Shown piece after piece: positions 8,032-19,283 of a DNA stretch of 64,000 nt (its first letter is position 1; the number at the start of each line of letters is the position of its first letter). Origin of the DNA: a virus. Location: positions 41,754-105,753 of the IMG/VR virus record IMGVR_UViG_3300023179_000042. One strand, given 5' to 3'. The position numbers and the translations under genes were made by a program. The notes below the pieces were generated by a model, which was given only the letters and a program-made list of their open reading frames with translations, ran no database searches and was not told the origin of the DNA.

Positions 8032-9150
8032 ATGGCCGATGACGCACTACTAGAAAGTTTACAACAACAGAAAGACGACCTCACGCAACAGGCGCAAACT
8101 CAGATTGGAAATTATTTAGATGCCAAGAGTAACCTCTCGTCAATTTTAAATAGTAACGGCTCTGAGGAAGAAATTGCCAGTGCTGATCAGGCAGTAGCTG
8201 ATGCTAAAGCCTTGGTTGATGAAACTAAAGATCAGATCAAACAAGTAGATCAACAAATTGCCACGACTACAGATCCTCCTGTAACAAATTTATCAGAATC
8301 TGAAGTTGAAGCAGCCTTACGGCAGCAAACCAGCGAAGTAGTTGGTGATAATCAATTGCCATCACTGGGATCATTAGCCAACGGCGCTATAAATGCCGTA
8401 AAATCGGCTGTAGGCGGTGCACTTGGAGGTGCTGCTGGATTGTTTGGCAAAGTGTTGTTTGGTGCCATTAAACCAAATGTCAATCCAGGTGCTGTAAATT
8501 TTTACAATGTAAACGGCGATTTAATTCAAAAAGATACCAGGGTTAAAATACAAGTACCAGATCAATACTGGTCAGATATAACTGCTGGTCCTTTTGATGA
8601 ACTGGTGCTTAATAAAGGTATTATATTCCCCTACACTCCGGCTATAAGCTATGAAAACAAGGCTGAGTATACACCGGTAAACCCTGTACACAGTAATTTT
8701 ACACAATATTTTTATAAAAACAGTTCAGTAAGTCCTATAAGAATTTCAGGAAAGTTTACCGTTCAAAACGATCGAGATGCTGCAGTATACCTGTCAACTG
8801 TTCATCTATTAAAAGCTCTTACTAAAATGCGTTCTGGAGGATTAAAGGTAGACGCTTTAAGCGGAAGTCCACCGCCGGTCTGTAGATTGTTTGCCTATGG
8901 CCTGTTAATGATAGAAAATGTTCCAATAGTAATTAATTCATTTCAGCTTGAGTTGCCAGACAATGTTGATTATTATACATTAGGAAAGTCGTCAGGATCT
9001 GCTTATTCAATTTACGAAACTAACGCTGTACCTATTATTTCGACAATTACCTTAAATTGCTATCCAATTTATAGTAGGAACGAAATGCAAAAATTTAATG
9101 TTAAAGATTTTGTAGGCAGCACAAATTCACGCAAGTCAGGATATCTATAA
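8032..9150 (+). CDS. Baseplate/tail tube initiator-like structural protein
   Basis: IIFPYTP and GSPPPVCRL motifs; first gene of baseplate cluster; TTAAATA upstream. Confidence 0.55.
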   Translation: MADDALLESLQQQKDDLTQQAQTQIGNYLDAKSNLSSILNSNGSEEEIASADQAVADAKALVDETKDQIKQVDQQIATTTDPPVTNLSESEVEAALRQQTSEVVGDNQLPSLGSLANGAINAVKSAVGGALGGAAGLFGKVLFGAIKPNVNPGAVNFYNVNGDLIQKDTRVKIQVPDQYWSDITAGPFDELVLNKGIIFPYTPAISYENKAEYTPVNPVHSNFTQYFYKNSSVSPIRISGKFTVQNDRDAAVYLSTVHLLKALTKMRSGGLKVDALSGSPPPVCRLFAYGLLMIENVPIVINSFQLELPDNVDYYTLGKSSGSAYSIYETNAVPIISTITLNCYPIYSRNEMQKFNVKDFVGSTNSRKSGYL

Positions 9151-9151
9151 A

Positions 9152-9451
9152 ATGTCAGCGTATTCAAAAAATAGTCCTTATTTTACTACAGACCAATCTA
9201 AAGGGTATCTAGATGTAATCACCTTTAGGGATTTTCCTGGTGAGGATGATGATATACTGTTTACATTAACTAAAAATTATGAATACAGGCCCGACCTCTT
9301 GGCCTACGACTTATATGGTGATGTAGGGTTGTGGTGGGTATTTTCTGTAAGGAACAAGGGGTTTATAAAAGATCCGATCTTTGATATGAAAAATGGTATT
9401 CAACTATATTTGCCTAAGCTAACAACAATAAAATCTGCCTTAGGAATTTAA
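9152..9451 (+). CDS. gp53: Baseplate wedge protein gp53-like (LysM-type)
   Basis: YRPDLLAYDLYGDVGLWWVF motif. Confidence 0.8.
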   Translation: MSAYSKNSPYFTTDQSKGYLDVITFRDFPGEDDDILFTLTKNYEYRPDLLAYDLYGDVGLWWVFSVRNKGFIKDPIFDMKNGIQLYLPKLTTIKSALGI

Positions 9452-9452
9452 A

Positions 9453-12400
9453 ATGCCTAATCTAACTCCGCAACAGATCGAACGAATAAGTGCAGCAACA
9501 GCCAATGTAACAACTGGTTCAACTGTGGCCAATTATGCTCAAAAGCCTGTTGTTTTAGGTAGCAATCAATCTAATGTGTTAAATGGATATCGATCGTATA
9601 CCTATGTTTTTACTATGGCGGCTCTAAAGCCAAAGTATCTACAGGATCCAAATCTTCTAAGAGAAAGCGAGCTTGAGCTGGTAATATTAAGAAGTGGTGG
9701 CAAGGGCACAGCAGGAATTTCTACCTCCGATAATCAACAAGGCATATCTGATGCTCAGAAAAATTACGATGCTGAAGCAACAAATCAATCTGCTACAACA
9801 GAATCTATTGCCAGGGCAAAAACAAAATTAGATAACGCAAAAAAGATTTTTAATCAGGCCTCTAGCGTTATTCCGGGATTCAATAAGTCAAGCCCTGGAC
9901 GATTTGATATGTTTATTTCAAATGTTGAAATTGACTCCATTTTTGGTTTTACAGAGCAGTCTTCAGTTTCTTTGCCTAATAACTTTAGATTTGAAGTAAC
10001 AGAGCCATACAGTATCAATGGTTTTTTAGAAGCACTACATACTGCAGCTATTGCCGCCGGCTATCCGAGCTATACTCAAGCGGTGTTTCTGTTAAAGGTT
10101 GAATTTATCGGGTATCCTGACAATAAGGATATTTCAGAGCCTGAATATATTCCTAATACAGAAAGATATTTTCCTTTTAGATTTTCTGGCGTAGATGTTG
10201 AAATTACAGAAAAAGGCACAGTGTATAGATGTACCGGCACACCCTTTAACGAGAGAGCTGCTTTTGGACATTCGGGCAAATTAAAAAAACCTGTTAATAT
10301 GGTAGGATCGACTGTAGGTGAAATACTCAAAGACCTTATGGTTAAGTTAACAGAACAACAAAAGGTAGCAGATCAAGAGTCAAAAGAAAATACAGCTAGC
10401 TCGAATAGACACGATACTTTTGAAATTAAATTTCCTATCTGGGGTCCAAATGGTTGGGATTTTTCTCAGGAAAACGAAATAGCTAAAACTAATCTTATAG
10501 ATCAATTAAAAGACCCGGCAATTTATAAATTTGATAATCCTGCTAGTACCAATAAACCGACAGCGTATCAACCAAGAGGACAAAAAAATCCAACACCACA
10601 GCAACAGGCAAAAAATCCAGAATCTTCAAAATATACTCCAGGATCAGGGACTAGTAAACCTCAAATACAATTTAATGAAAATGCTACAGTTGTTAACATT
10701 ATAGCTGCCATTATAAGAGACAGTAATTATACAAAAGATCTGCTTGAACATCTAGAACAAAAAGTTGATCAGTACGGCTATGTTGATTATTTTTTAGTTA
10801 CGGCGCAGGCTACCTATAGCGATGTTTTTGATACTGTTACTAGACGAAATTATCAAAATATAACTTATATAGTTACACCATATAAAGTACATTATAAAAG
10901 AATTCCTGGGTACGGTGCTATTCCAATATCAGAAGCAAAACTAAAATTGTTAGCTCTTAGAGAATATAATTATGTATACACAGGAAAAAATACCGATGTA
11001 TTAAATTTCAAATTAAATTTTAATAATTTATTTTTTGAAGCTGTGCCGTTGGCACAAGGTAACACTGATCAACCTAATAAAAAATACGGCATCGGACCTG
11101 CCGGAACACTGGATGTAAAAGTGTCAGGAGATAACAAACAGGCTATTGTTAACAGTGAATTAGGCACTCCACCGGTGTATGTTGAAACGGATGCGTCAGC
11201 AGTACAACCTGATGGCGGCATGGGCAATAGAAGACAAGACGATCCGTATGCTGCTCTGGCACGATCTATGCACAAGGCAATTGTTGATTCTAATTCCAGT
11301 ATGCTAACCGGCGATATAGAAATTATAGGTGATCCCCTTTATTTGGTAACTGGTGGTATAGGAAATTATAATCCTGCTCCTGGAGCTAATTTTAGTCTAA
11401 CTAAAAATGGAGAGGCAAATCATACCTATAGAGAAATTGTAATAGCAATTAACTTTAGAAATCCGGTTGATGTTGGCGCAGACGGTTTTATTGAATTTGA
11501 TCCAAACAGAGTGGCCTGGAGCGGCGTGTATAGGGTAACACAGGTCAAGCACACCTTTAATGATGGTATTTTTAAACAAAGTCTTAAGTTAATTAGGATT
11601 CCAGGTCAGGTTCTTGGGGAAGAAAAAACAGCAGAATCTATTGCTGCCAAATATAAACTTAAACCAAAAATTTCAGACATAGAAACTCCACAAACAACTG
11701 TAGGTGTTGATGCTGGAAGACCTACTGCGGTGAATTTATTTTCACAATTACAAAGAGGATTACCTAGTTTAGGGTTGCCAGGGGCATTAAGTAATTTTAC
11801 AGGAGCAGTAGGCGGCCTTGGAGGAACAGTGTCAGGTCTACTTAATCAGGTAAGCGGCGCTGTTACAAGTGGCATAGGTAAATTAACATCAGCCGCCGGT
11901 GCTTTTGGCGGCGCGATTCCTGGTGGAGTTGATCAGTTAGCATCGGGTATACGACTACAGGCATCGGGTCTTGTTAATTTTGCCCAGCAAAATTTAGGAA
12001 TTGCTGCTGTTGTGAATCAGGTAGCTAATACTGTTGAAACAAATTTTCCTGTTACACAGGCCGCTGCTCAATTAGCAAGCGGCATTGTTTCAAAAGCTAG
12101 TTCAATTGTGAATAGTGTTGCTGTTCCTGGGTCGGGAATTGGCGCAGGAGCATCTGTATTAATCGACGCCGCTGCATCTGTTGTGCCTAGTACTAACGGA
12201 ACAATTACTGCTCAGGATATAAAACTATCTCCTGCCCAGTTACCTACTAGCATTTCGGCATTAGGCACAGCCGCTCAAGATCTTGCCGGAACTCAAATAG
12301 CAAATGTTGCAGCACTTGGATCTCAAGCAGCTTCTCTTGCCGGTGGTATCGGCTCAAAACTTTCTGGATTGATAAGCGGAAGTAGTACGGATCCTACAGG

Positions 12401-13037
12401 GTTGGCCAGCGGACTAGGTATTAATGTATCGTCACTTTCGGGATTAAGTGCCGGACTTCAAAGTAAGGTGCTAGGCGAGGTTGGTAATATTGCTAAAAGT
12501 ATTCCAACCAATGTTGACCTAGGACAGGCAGTATCACAGGGACTAGTACTAGATTTTATTAGCAAAGATAAATTTGCTAATATTCCTGCTACCGCACCTT
12601 TTATTAAAGCTCCTAATGCTGAAATTAGTGTAACAGATTTAAAAACAATTGCCTCAGCAGGTCCGGCCGCATTGGCAAGATCATTTGGAGTATCTGATAT
12701 AAGTAAAGTTTCGTCGAGCCTGTTGCCCGATGATTCGGGATCTCTATTGTCTGCTGGTCTGTCTTCACTGAATGCTGGATTAAAAAATCCTTTTACTGGA
12801 TTGTCTACAAATTTAAATTCAACAGATGTATCTGCTTTTAAAGATAAATTAGGATCGGCAGCAAGTCAGTTGTCAGGATTAACCGGTAAAGCAGGCTCAG
12901 TTGAAGGTAATTTAAGTTCACTATACTCATTAGCAGGCGGCAGCAGTGATCAACTTAATTTAGCAAAAAGTGTTACATCTAATTTTGGAAGTTTATCAAG
13001 TGATAGTAGTCCTTTAAAAAAGTTATTTGGTGGATAA
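9453..13037 (+). CDS. Baseplate hub protein (gp27/VgrG-like) with long Gly/Ala/Ser-rich C-terminus
   Basis: IEIIGDP and SGVYRVTQVKHTF motifs; lies between gp53 and gp5. Confidence 0.6.
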   Translation: MPNLTPQQIERISAATANVTTGSTVANYAQKPVVLGSNQSNVLNGYRSYTYVFTMAALKPKYLQDPNLLRESELELVILRSGGKGTAGISTSDNQQGISDAQKNYDAEATNQSATTESIARAKTKLDNAKKIFNQASSVIPGFNKSSPGRFDMFISNVEIDSIFGFTEQSSVSLPNNFRFEVTEPYSINGFLEALHTAAIAAGYPSYTQAVFLLKVEFIGYPDNKDISEPEYIPNTERYFPFRFSGVDVEITEKGTVYRCTGTPFNERAAFGHSGKLKKPVNMVGSTVGEILKDLMVKLTEQQKVADQESKENTASSNRHDTFEIKFPIWGPNGWDFSQENEIAKTNLIDQLKDPAIYKFDNPASTNKPTAYQPRGQKNPTPQQQAKNPESSKYTPGSGTSKPQIQFNENATVVNIIAAIIRDSNYTKDLLEHLEQKVDQYGYVDYFLVTAQATYSDVFDTVTRRNYQNITYIVTPYKVHYKRIPGYGAIPISEAKLKLLALREYNYVYTGKNTDVLNFKLNFNNLFFEAVPLAQGNTDQPNKKYGIGPAGTLDVKVSGDNKQAIVNSELGTPPVYVETDASAVQPDGGMGNRRQDDPYAALARSMHKAIVDSNSSMLTGDIEIIGDPLYLVTGGIGNYNPAPGANFSLTKNGEANHTYREIVIAINFRNPVDVGADGFIEFDPNRVAWSGVYRVTQVKHTFNDGIFKQSLKLIRIPGQVLGEEKTAESIAAKYKLKPKISDIETPQTTVGVDAGRPTAVNLFSQLQRGLPSLGLPGALSNFTGAVGGLGGTVSGLLNQVSGAVTSGIGKLTSAAGAFGGAIPGGVDQLASGIRLQASGLVNFAQQNLGIAAVVNQVANTVETNFPVTQAAAQLASGIVSKASSIVNSVAVPGSGIGAGASVLIDAAASVVPSTNGTITAQDIKLSPAQLPTSISALGTAAQDLAGTQIANVAALGSQAASLAGGIGSKLSGLISGSSTDPTGLASGLGINVSSLSGLSAGLQSKVLGEVGNIAKSIPTNVDLGQAVSQGLVLDFISKDKFANIPATAPFIKAPNAEISVTDLKTIASAGPAALARSFGVSDISKVSSSLLPDDSGSLLSAGLSSLNAGLKNPFTGLSTNLNSTDVSAFKDKLGSAASQLSGLTGKAGSVEGNLSSLYSLAGGSSDQLNLAKSVTSNFGSLSSDSSPLKKLFGG

Positions 13038-13043
13038 TGTAAT

Positions 13044-15362
13044 ATGTCTGGTTTTGAAAGAAGAAGAAAAGGTAAACTTGGGTCTCCTGGGCCCTTTTTA
13101 GCCGAGGTGACTAACCACTTAGATCCAACTTATATGGGCGGTCTAGAAGTTTCTTTAATTAAAGGCCTGCCTAACAAGGTAACACTTCAGGCAGATACCT
13201 ACATTGTTCAATACCTTTCTCCTTTTTATGGAGCAACGTCTGCTAGATTTGAAGGTACGAATGCTAGCGATTTTAACGATGTACAAAAAAGCTACGGTTT
13301 TTGGATGGTTCCACCTGATGTCGGAACTACAGTCATGGTAATCTTTATCGACGGAGATCCTAACCAAGGATATTGGATAGGCTGCGTTGCTGATGTATTT
13401 CAGAATCATATGGTTCCTGGCATACCTGCTACAAATAGTTTAAGTATGACCCAGGAGCAAAAACAAAAATATGGGAGCGAGTTTTTACCATCAGCTGAAT
13501 TTTTAAAAGGTGTTGCTAGAGATATAATTGTAAGTGACAAAATTACTAAACCAGTTCACCCATTTGCTGATAGGTTATTGGCTCAAGGTTTAATACTGGA
13601 TACGGTTCGAGGAGTAACTTCAAGTGGTGCTCGCAGAGAAGTTCCTAGTCAAGTATTCGGAATTAGCACACCGGGCCCGCTTGATACAAGTCCGAATGCT
13701 AAAAAAGGTAACATCGGTTATGGTGGCGATAAGTCGCAACAGTTTCCTGTTAGCAGACTGGGCGGCAGCACTTTTGTTATGGATGACGGAGATATTAATG
13801 GTCAAAACGAATTAGTGCGAATAAGGACTAGAACAGGGCATCAAATACTTTTTCATAATAGTCAAGATCTAATATACATCGCTAACAGCAAAGGAACCGC
13901 TTGGATTGAATTAACTAGTAATGGCAAAATAGATATCTATGCTAAAGATAGTGTTAGCATTCATACAGAAAATGATTTTAACTTTAGAGCAGATAGAGAT
14001 ATTAATATGGAAGCCGGCCGAAATATTAATATAAGAACTATAAAAGGTAATATGGAAACAAATATTACCGGCTACTATAATTTAATTATTGATGATTATG
14101 CTAAGATTGCTATTAAAAATAATAAAGATGAGACCATAGGGCAATCATTAAAAATTAATGTTGGGCAAGATGCTAACCTACATGTTTCGTCAGATATTAA
14201 ATTAACTACGGATGGAAATTTTAATGTATCAAGTGCTAAATCTAACAATCTAACTGCCGGTGGAACTACAAATATTAAATCTGGCGGCGATCATATCGAA
14301 ACAGCTTCTAATATACACATGAATGGCCCGGCCGCTGGCACGGCAACAAAAGCCTCTGATGCTCAAGTTGCTCCTCTTTTACCTATATATTCATTGCCCA
14401 ATAGATCGCCAACAGCAGGATGGATAAATGGCAACTTTTATAAAACAGATGATATCAAAAGCATCATGCAAAGAGTACCAACGCATGAACCATGGGAACA
14501 ACATGAAAATGTTAACCCGCCGAGGTTTTCACCAGAAGCCACGGACGCCTCTCTTCAAAGCCGGGCCGAGTCTAGTATACCTCCTAATCCTAATTCCGGA
14601 ATACAACAACCGGCTAATTCTGCCGAAGTGATTCCGGGAACATGTGATCCAAAATATGCCAAGGATATTAACAATCCAGCAAGCCAATCTGGTATAAGTG
14701 CTTTAAAAGATGCCTGTGCTTCGTTAGGAATTACTTCTCCTATAGCCATAGCTAGTATTTTAGGTATTGCTGGTGGAGAAAGTCGCTGGCGTGTAGTAAC
14801 TGAAAACTTTAATTATAAACCGGATAGGTTATTACAGGTTTTTCCTAGTGTGTTTAAAGGTGATACTGCGCTAGCTCAAAAATATGCCGGTAACCCAAAT
14901 AACAGCTTGCCAGAATTTTTATATGGATATCAGACAAGTAAAGGCCAAGGCCTTGGTAATACTCAACCTGGTGACGGAGCAAAGTATGTCGGTCGAGGTT
15001 TTATTCAATTAACTGGTCGTGGCAATTACACCAGATATAGTAAATTACTCTATGATAAAGGTGTAATAGATACTGCTAGCTATCTAGTTGATTATCCTGA
15101 TAAACTTAACGATCTAAGAATAGCTGCTTTGGCCAGTGTAATATATTTTATTGATCGGGTAAAAGTATCACAAACCGATCCTGGATATTTTGAGGCAGCT
15201 TGTCGTGCCGTAGGTTATAATACCCCCGATATCCATGCTACTAAAAAAGGATTTTATGAATGCTTTTTGGGCCAGTTAACAGGTGGTATTGTAAGTTCCG
15301 GGTCGGGCGGTATCGTAACAACCAGTGATGGTAAACCTGTAAAAACTGGGTCAGGTGGGTAA
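13044..15362 (+). CDS. gp5: Baseplate spike gp5-like with C-terminal GH19 lysozyme domain
   Basis: OB-fold motif SYGFWMVPPDVGTTVMVIF, beta-helix repeats, GH19 signature GRGFIQLTGRGNY. Confidence 0.85.
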   Translation: MSGFERRRKGKLGSPGPFLAEVTNHLDPTYMGGLEVSLIKGLPNKVTLQADTYIVQYLSPFYGATSARFEGTNASDFNDVQKSYGFWMVPPDVGTTVMVIFIDGDPNQGYWIGCVADVFQNHMVPGIPATNSLSMTQEQKQKYGSEFLPSAEFLKGVARDIIVSDKITKPVHPFADRLLAQGLILDTVRGVTSSGARREVPSQVFGISTPGPLDTSPNAKKGNIGYGGDKSQQFPVSRLGGSTFVMDDGDINGQNELVRIRTRTGHQILFHNSQDLIYIANSKGTAWIELTSNGKIDIYAKDSVSIHTENDFNFRADRDINMEAGRNINIRTIKGNMETNITGYYNLIIDDYAKIAIKNNKDETIGQSLKINVGQDANLHVSSDIKLTTDGNFNVSSAKSNNLTAGGTTNIKSGGDHIETASNIHMNGPAAGTATKASDAQVAPLLPIYSLPNRSPTAGWINGNFYKTDDIKSIMQRVPTHEPWEQHENVNPPRFSPEATDASLQSRAESSIPPNPNSGIQQPANSAEVIPGTCDPKYAKDINNPASQSGISALKDACASLGITSPIAIASILGIAGGESRWRVVTENFNYKPDRLLQVFPSVFKGDTALAQKYAGNPNNSLPEFLYGYQTSKGQGLGNTQPGDGAKYVGRGFIQLTGRGNYTRYSKLLYDKGVIDTASYLVDYPDKLNDLRIAALASVIYFIDRVKVSQTDPGYFEAACRAVGYNTPDIHATKKGFYECFLGQLTGGIVSSGSGGIVTTSDGKPVKTGSGG

Positions 15363-15374
15363 AATAAATACATT

Positions 15375-15809
15375 ATGCCATACAAGAATATTGAAATAGG
15401 AAACCCAAGTACCGTTCTACAACGAGCCCTTCAAACTTCTCAGTTTTATAAAGGGTTTAGTTCGGCTCCAGATGTCCCAGGGTCAAAATTGTTTGATTTT
15501 GATCTGATCAAACAAGATTTGTTTAATCACTTCAATACACGCAAAGGCGAGAGAGTAATGAATCCAGCCTTTGGCACAATTATTTGGGATCTCCTTATGG
15601 AACCGATGACTGACGATGTAAGGAACGCCCTAAGAGATGATATTAGTAGAATTTGTAATAGTGACCCTAGAATCACTCCAATACAGATTAATATGATAGA
15701 ACGAGAAAATGGTTATCTTCTTGAGTTAACTTTATTGTTGAATGGAACAGATCAGTCTACACAACTTGTTTTAGCGTTTGATCAAAAAATTGGCCTTAGT
15801 ATGCAATAA
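15375..15809 (+). CDS. gp25: Baseplate wedge gp25-like
   Basis: TRKGERVMNPAFGTIIWDLLMEP...DPR motif; AATAAATA at 15363-15370. Confidence 0.9.
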   Translation: MPYKNIEIGNPSTVLQRALQTSQFYKGFSSAPDVPGSKLFDFDLIKQDLFNHFNTRKGERVMNPAFGTIIWDLLMEPMTDDVRNALRDDISRICNSDPRITPIQINMIERENGYLLELTLLLNGTDQSTQLVLAFDQKIGLSMQ

Positions 15810-15856
15810 AATACCTACATTATTTTTCAAATAAATATTGAAACCGATAAACAATT

Positions 15857-18800
15857 ATGATTCCATCAACAAATAGCAAACTTTTAGTGGCCGAAGATTG
15901 GAAAAAGATCTATTCCAGCTATCGTAATGCTGACTTTAAAAGTTATGATTTTGAAACAATTAGAAGAACTATGATACAATATCTTCGGGAAAATTATCCC
16001 GAAGACTTTAATGACTTCGTTGAAAGCAGCGAATATATTGCTCTAATCGATCTTATTGCTTATCTTGGTCAAAATTTAAGTTTTAGAATTGATTTAAATG
16101 CTAGAGAAAATTTTCTAGAAACTGCTGAGCGTCGAGATAGCATTCTTCGATTGGCACAGCTTATAAGCTACAGCCCAAAAAGAAATTTACCAGCTTCGGG
16201 ATTTTTAAAGATATCTGCTGTTTCAACAACAGACTCTGTAATTGATGCTAACAATATTAATTTGGCAAATACAACAATTTTGTGGAACGACCCTACCAAT
16301 ACTAATTGGTATAATCAGTTCAACAGCATTTTGAATAGTGCAATGCCTAGCACCTATGTATTTGGCAAGCCATTTGATAGATCCACTATTGAAGGTGTTT
16401 TAACAGAACAATATAGAATTAATAGTGCTAACACAGATGTACCAGTTTACAGTTTTGTAAAAAATATCAATGGTACAAGTATGAATTTTGAGCTTGTGAG
16501 TTCAACATTTTCTGGACAAAATTATGTCTACGAGGAAGCACCTCGCCCAGGAAATAGTTTTAGCATATTATATAGAAACGATAATCAAGGGTCTGGCAGT
16601 TCAAGGACTGGATTCTTTGTTCATTTTAGACAAGGTTCTCTTGGCATGGCCTCGTTTTCAATTAACACGCCTGTGCCTAATGAAATTATTGGAATTAATA
16701 CTCCGGGCATTAACAACAATGATGTGTGGTTATGGCAGCTATCATCAAATAAAAATTTTACAACACTTTGGTCTAAAACATCAAGTATTGTAGGAAACAA
16801 TGTTGTTTACAACAGTTTATATAATAGTCAAAGAAATATCTATAGCGTTACATCACGAGACCAGGATCAGATTGATTTAAATTTTTCTGATGGAAGTTTT
16901 GGTAATTTACCTAAGGGCGATTTTAGATTAATGTATCGTGTAAGTAACGGATTAACTTACACTATAAAGCCTGAACAGTTGTCAGGTATTACAATCGATA
17001 TTCCTTATTATAATAAGTTAAATCAGCTGCACACATTATCGTTAACTTTAAATTTATACTATACGGTTACAAATAGTTCAGGAGCAGAAAGTAACGATGA
17101 TATAAAGAGAAAAGCACCACAGGCATATTATCTTCAGAATAGAATGATTACTGCTGAGGATTATAATATTGCCCCTTTAACTTTAGGTAATGATATTCTT
17201 AAAGTAAAAAGTGTGAACCGTGTATCGACGGGGATTAGTAAGTATTTTGACCTGACCGATGTTAGTGGAAAATACGGAAGTACAAATATTTTTGCCACAG
17301 ACGGTGCCCTTTATAAAAATACCCATAGAGAATCTTTTGAGTTTGAATTTGCAAATAGAAATGAAGTTTATTCGATAATAAAATCTCAACTTGAGCCAAT
17401 ATTAAAAGCTCAAAATATGAATTCATTTTATCTTGACAAATATCCAAGACCTGAATTAACTTATCTAAATGTTGCCTGGAAACAAGTTAACAATTTATCT
17501 GGATCTAGTAGAGGATATTTTTATAATACAATATCTGAAACTCCTCAGTCTGTAGCCGGATTTATAGATAATAACTTAACCTATGTTGCTCCTGGAGCCC
17601 TTGTAAAATTTATTACACCGTCAGGATATTTTTCAAAAGAAGGTGGCTTAGTTGCTAATCAATCGCAAACTTCAAAAAAATATATATGGTCTAAGGTCGT
17701 TCAAGTTATTGGTGATGGTAGTAATTCGGGGGTTGGAATGTTGGACGATGGCACCGGCCCGATTATATTCAGTGATGTGATTCCGTCCGGAGCGATTCCT
17801 GTTGAGGTAATTCCTAAATTTAATAATATTTTTACATATAGCTTCGAAACTGAATTGGTTAACCTATGCTTGTCTCAGAAAAATTTTGGATTGTCTATAG
17901 ATAGAACATCAAGGCAGTGGTATATAATAAGTGATACAAACTTAGATGTAATTAATCCATTTAGTTTTAACTACCAAGGCGATACTACAAATGCTTCAAA
18001 GGATGGAAGCTGGCTCATAGCATTTACCTGGACAGGAAATAATTATAAGGTCATTTATAGACTAACCGATTATATTTTTGAAAGTCTACAACAAACTGGT
18101 TTTTATGTTGATCCAAATAATATAAGCTACGACTATGCTTCAGACACAGTTATAAAAGACAAAATTTCTGTCCTGTCAATAAACACATCTGTGACCCCGA
18201 CATCGGCAGTGAATACTTCGACATTTGGAAGTTTAGGCATAGACTATAATTGGCAAATTGATTCTGATATTGTTGAACCCGACGGTTATGTTGAACCTAA
18301 AAAAGTAAAAGTTAGTTTTTATGATTACAACAATCTAGGTCAAATTTCAGATCCTGATACTTTTAATAATATTGTAGAACCAAATTCATTAAATTCAGAA
18401 ACTGGATACAAAGATAAATTTGTTTATTTTTATAGACTTAACAACGGACTTCGTTATGTTGTTACAAGTACAAATATTACAGCATATCCGAATGAGGACC
18501 TTGTTCAAGAGACTCCTGCTGATGGTGATTTATTTTATTTTTATGACAGTGATAAAAATGTTGTAAAATATTATTCTACAAGTTCTTTAGCAAAAACAAA
18601 TAATCCTTGGGTCTATACTCCAACGTATTTTGCCTATCCCGGAAGAACAAATTTAAAGTTCCAATACATTCATAACAGCGGAGAAAACAGAAGAATTGAT
18701 CCAGGCAAGAGTAATATTATGGACTTGTACATATTGACTTCTCAATATGACAGTGACTTTAGATCGTGGCTAAATTCTGGTAGTGGTTCTGCTCCATTAG

Positions 18801-19282
18801 CCCCTACTAGTCAAAGCCTTGATCAAAATTTTGGCGATAGGCTTAACTCTATTAAGGCTATCGGCGATGAAATTATTTTTCAGCCGGCCAAATATAAAAT
18901 CTTGTTTGGTTCTAAAGCAAATGTAAATCTTAGAGCAACCTTTAAAGCAGTGAGAAACTCAACTATACCAACAAGCGATAATGATTTAAAAGTTAAAATT
19001 TTGTCTGCCATAAATGAATTTTTTAGTTTAGAAAATTGGGATTTTGGCCAAACATTTAATTTTTCTGAACTTTCGACCTATGTTATGAATTTGTTAACAC
19101 CTCAGATCACTAATTTTGTTCTTGTTCCTAAAACAAATACATTTGGAAATTTATATGAAATTACCTGCTTATCAAATGAAATTTTTATAAGCGGTGCTAC
19201 CGTGTCTGACATTGAAATCATTGACGCGATTACAGCTTCACAATTGGGCATAACAAGTGTTTTAACGAATACCGGAATTTAA
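15857..19282 (+). CDS. gp6: Baseplate wedge gp6-like
   Basis: DFKSYDFETIR, ENFLETAERRDS and QNRMITAEDY motifs. Confidence 0.85.
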   Translation: MIPSTNSKLLVAEDWKKIYSSYRNADFKSYDFETIRRTMIQYLRENYPEDFNDFVESSEYIALIDLIAYLGQNLSFRIDLNARENFLETAERRDSILRLAQLISYSPKRNLPASGFLKISAVSTTDSVIDANNINLANTTILWNDPTNTNWYNQFNSILNSAMPSTYVFGKPFDRSTIEGVLTEQYRINSANTDVPVYSFVKNINGTSMNFELVSSTFSGQNYVYEEAPRPGNSFSILYRNDNQGSGSSRTGFFVHFRQGSLGMASFSINTPVPNEIIGINTPGINNNDVWLWQLSSNKNFTTLWSKTSSIVGNNVVYNSLYNSQRNIYSVTSRDQDQIDLNFSDGSFGNLPKGDFRLMYRVSNGLTYTIKPEQLSGITIDIPYYNKLNQLHTLSLTLNLYYTVTNSSGAESNDDIKRKAPQAYYLQNRMITAEDYNIAPLTLGNDILKVKSVNRVSTGISKYFDLTDVSGKYGSTNIFATDGALYKNTHRESFEFEFANRNEVYSIIKSQLEPILKAQNMNSFYLDKYPRPELTYLNVAWKQVNNLSGSSRGYFYNTISETPQSVAGFIDNNLTYVAPGALVKFITPSGYFSKEGGLVANQSQTSKKYIWSKVVQVIGDGSNSGVGMLDDGTGPIIFSDVIPSGAIPVEVIPKFNNIFTYSFETELVNLCLSQKNFGLSIDRTSRQWYIISDTNLDVINPFSFNYQGDTTNASKDGSWLIAFTWTGNNYKVIYRLTDYIFESLQQTGFYVDPNNISYDYASDTVIKDKISVLSINTSVTPTSAVNTSTFGSLGIDYNWQIDSDIVEPDGYVEPKKVKVSFYDYNNLGQISDPDTFNNIVEPNSLNSETGYKDKFVYFYRLNNGLRYVVTSTNITAYPNEDLVQETPADGDLFYFYDSDKNVVKYYSTSSLAKTNNPWVYTPTYFAYPGRTNLKFQYIHNSGENRRIDPGKSNIMDLYILTSQYDSDFRSWLNSGSGSAPLAPTSQSLDQNFGDRLNSIKAIGDEIIFQPAKYKILFGSKANVNLRATFKAVRNSTIPTSDNDLKVKILSAINEFFSLENWDFGQTFNFSELSTYVMNLLTPQITNFVLVPKTNTFGNLYEITCLSNEIFISGATVSDIEIIDAITASQLGITSVLTNTGI

Positions 19283-19283
19283 T

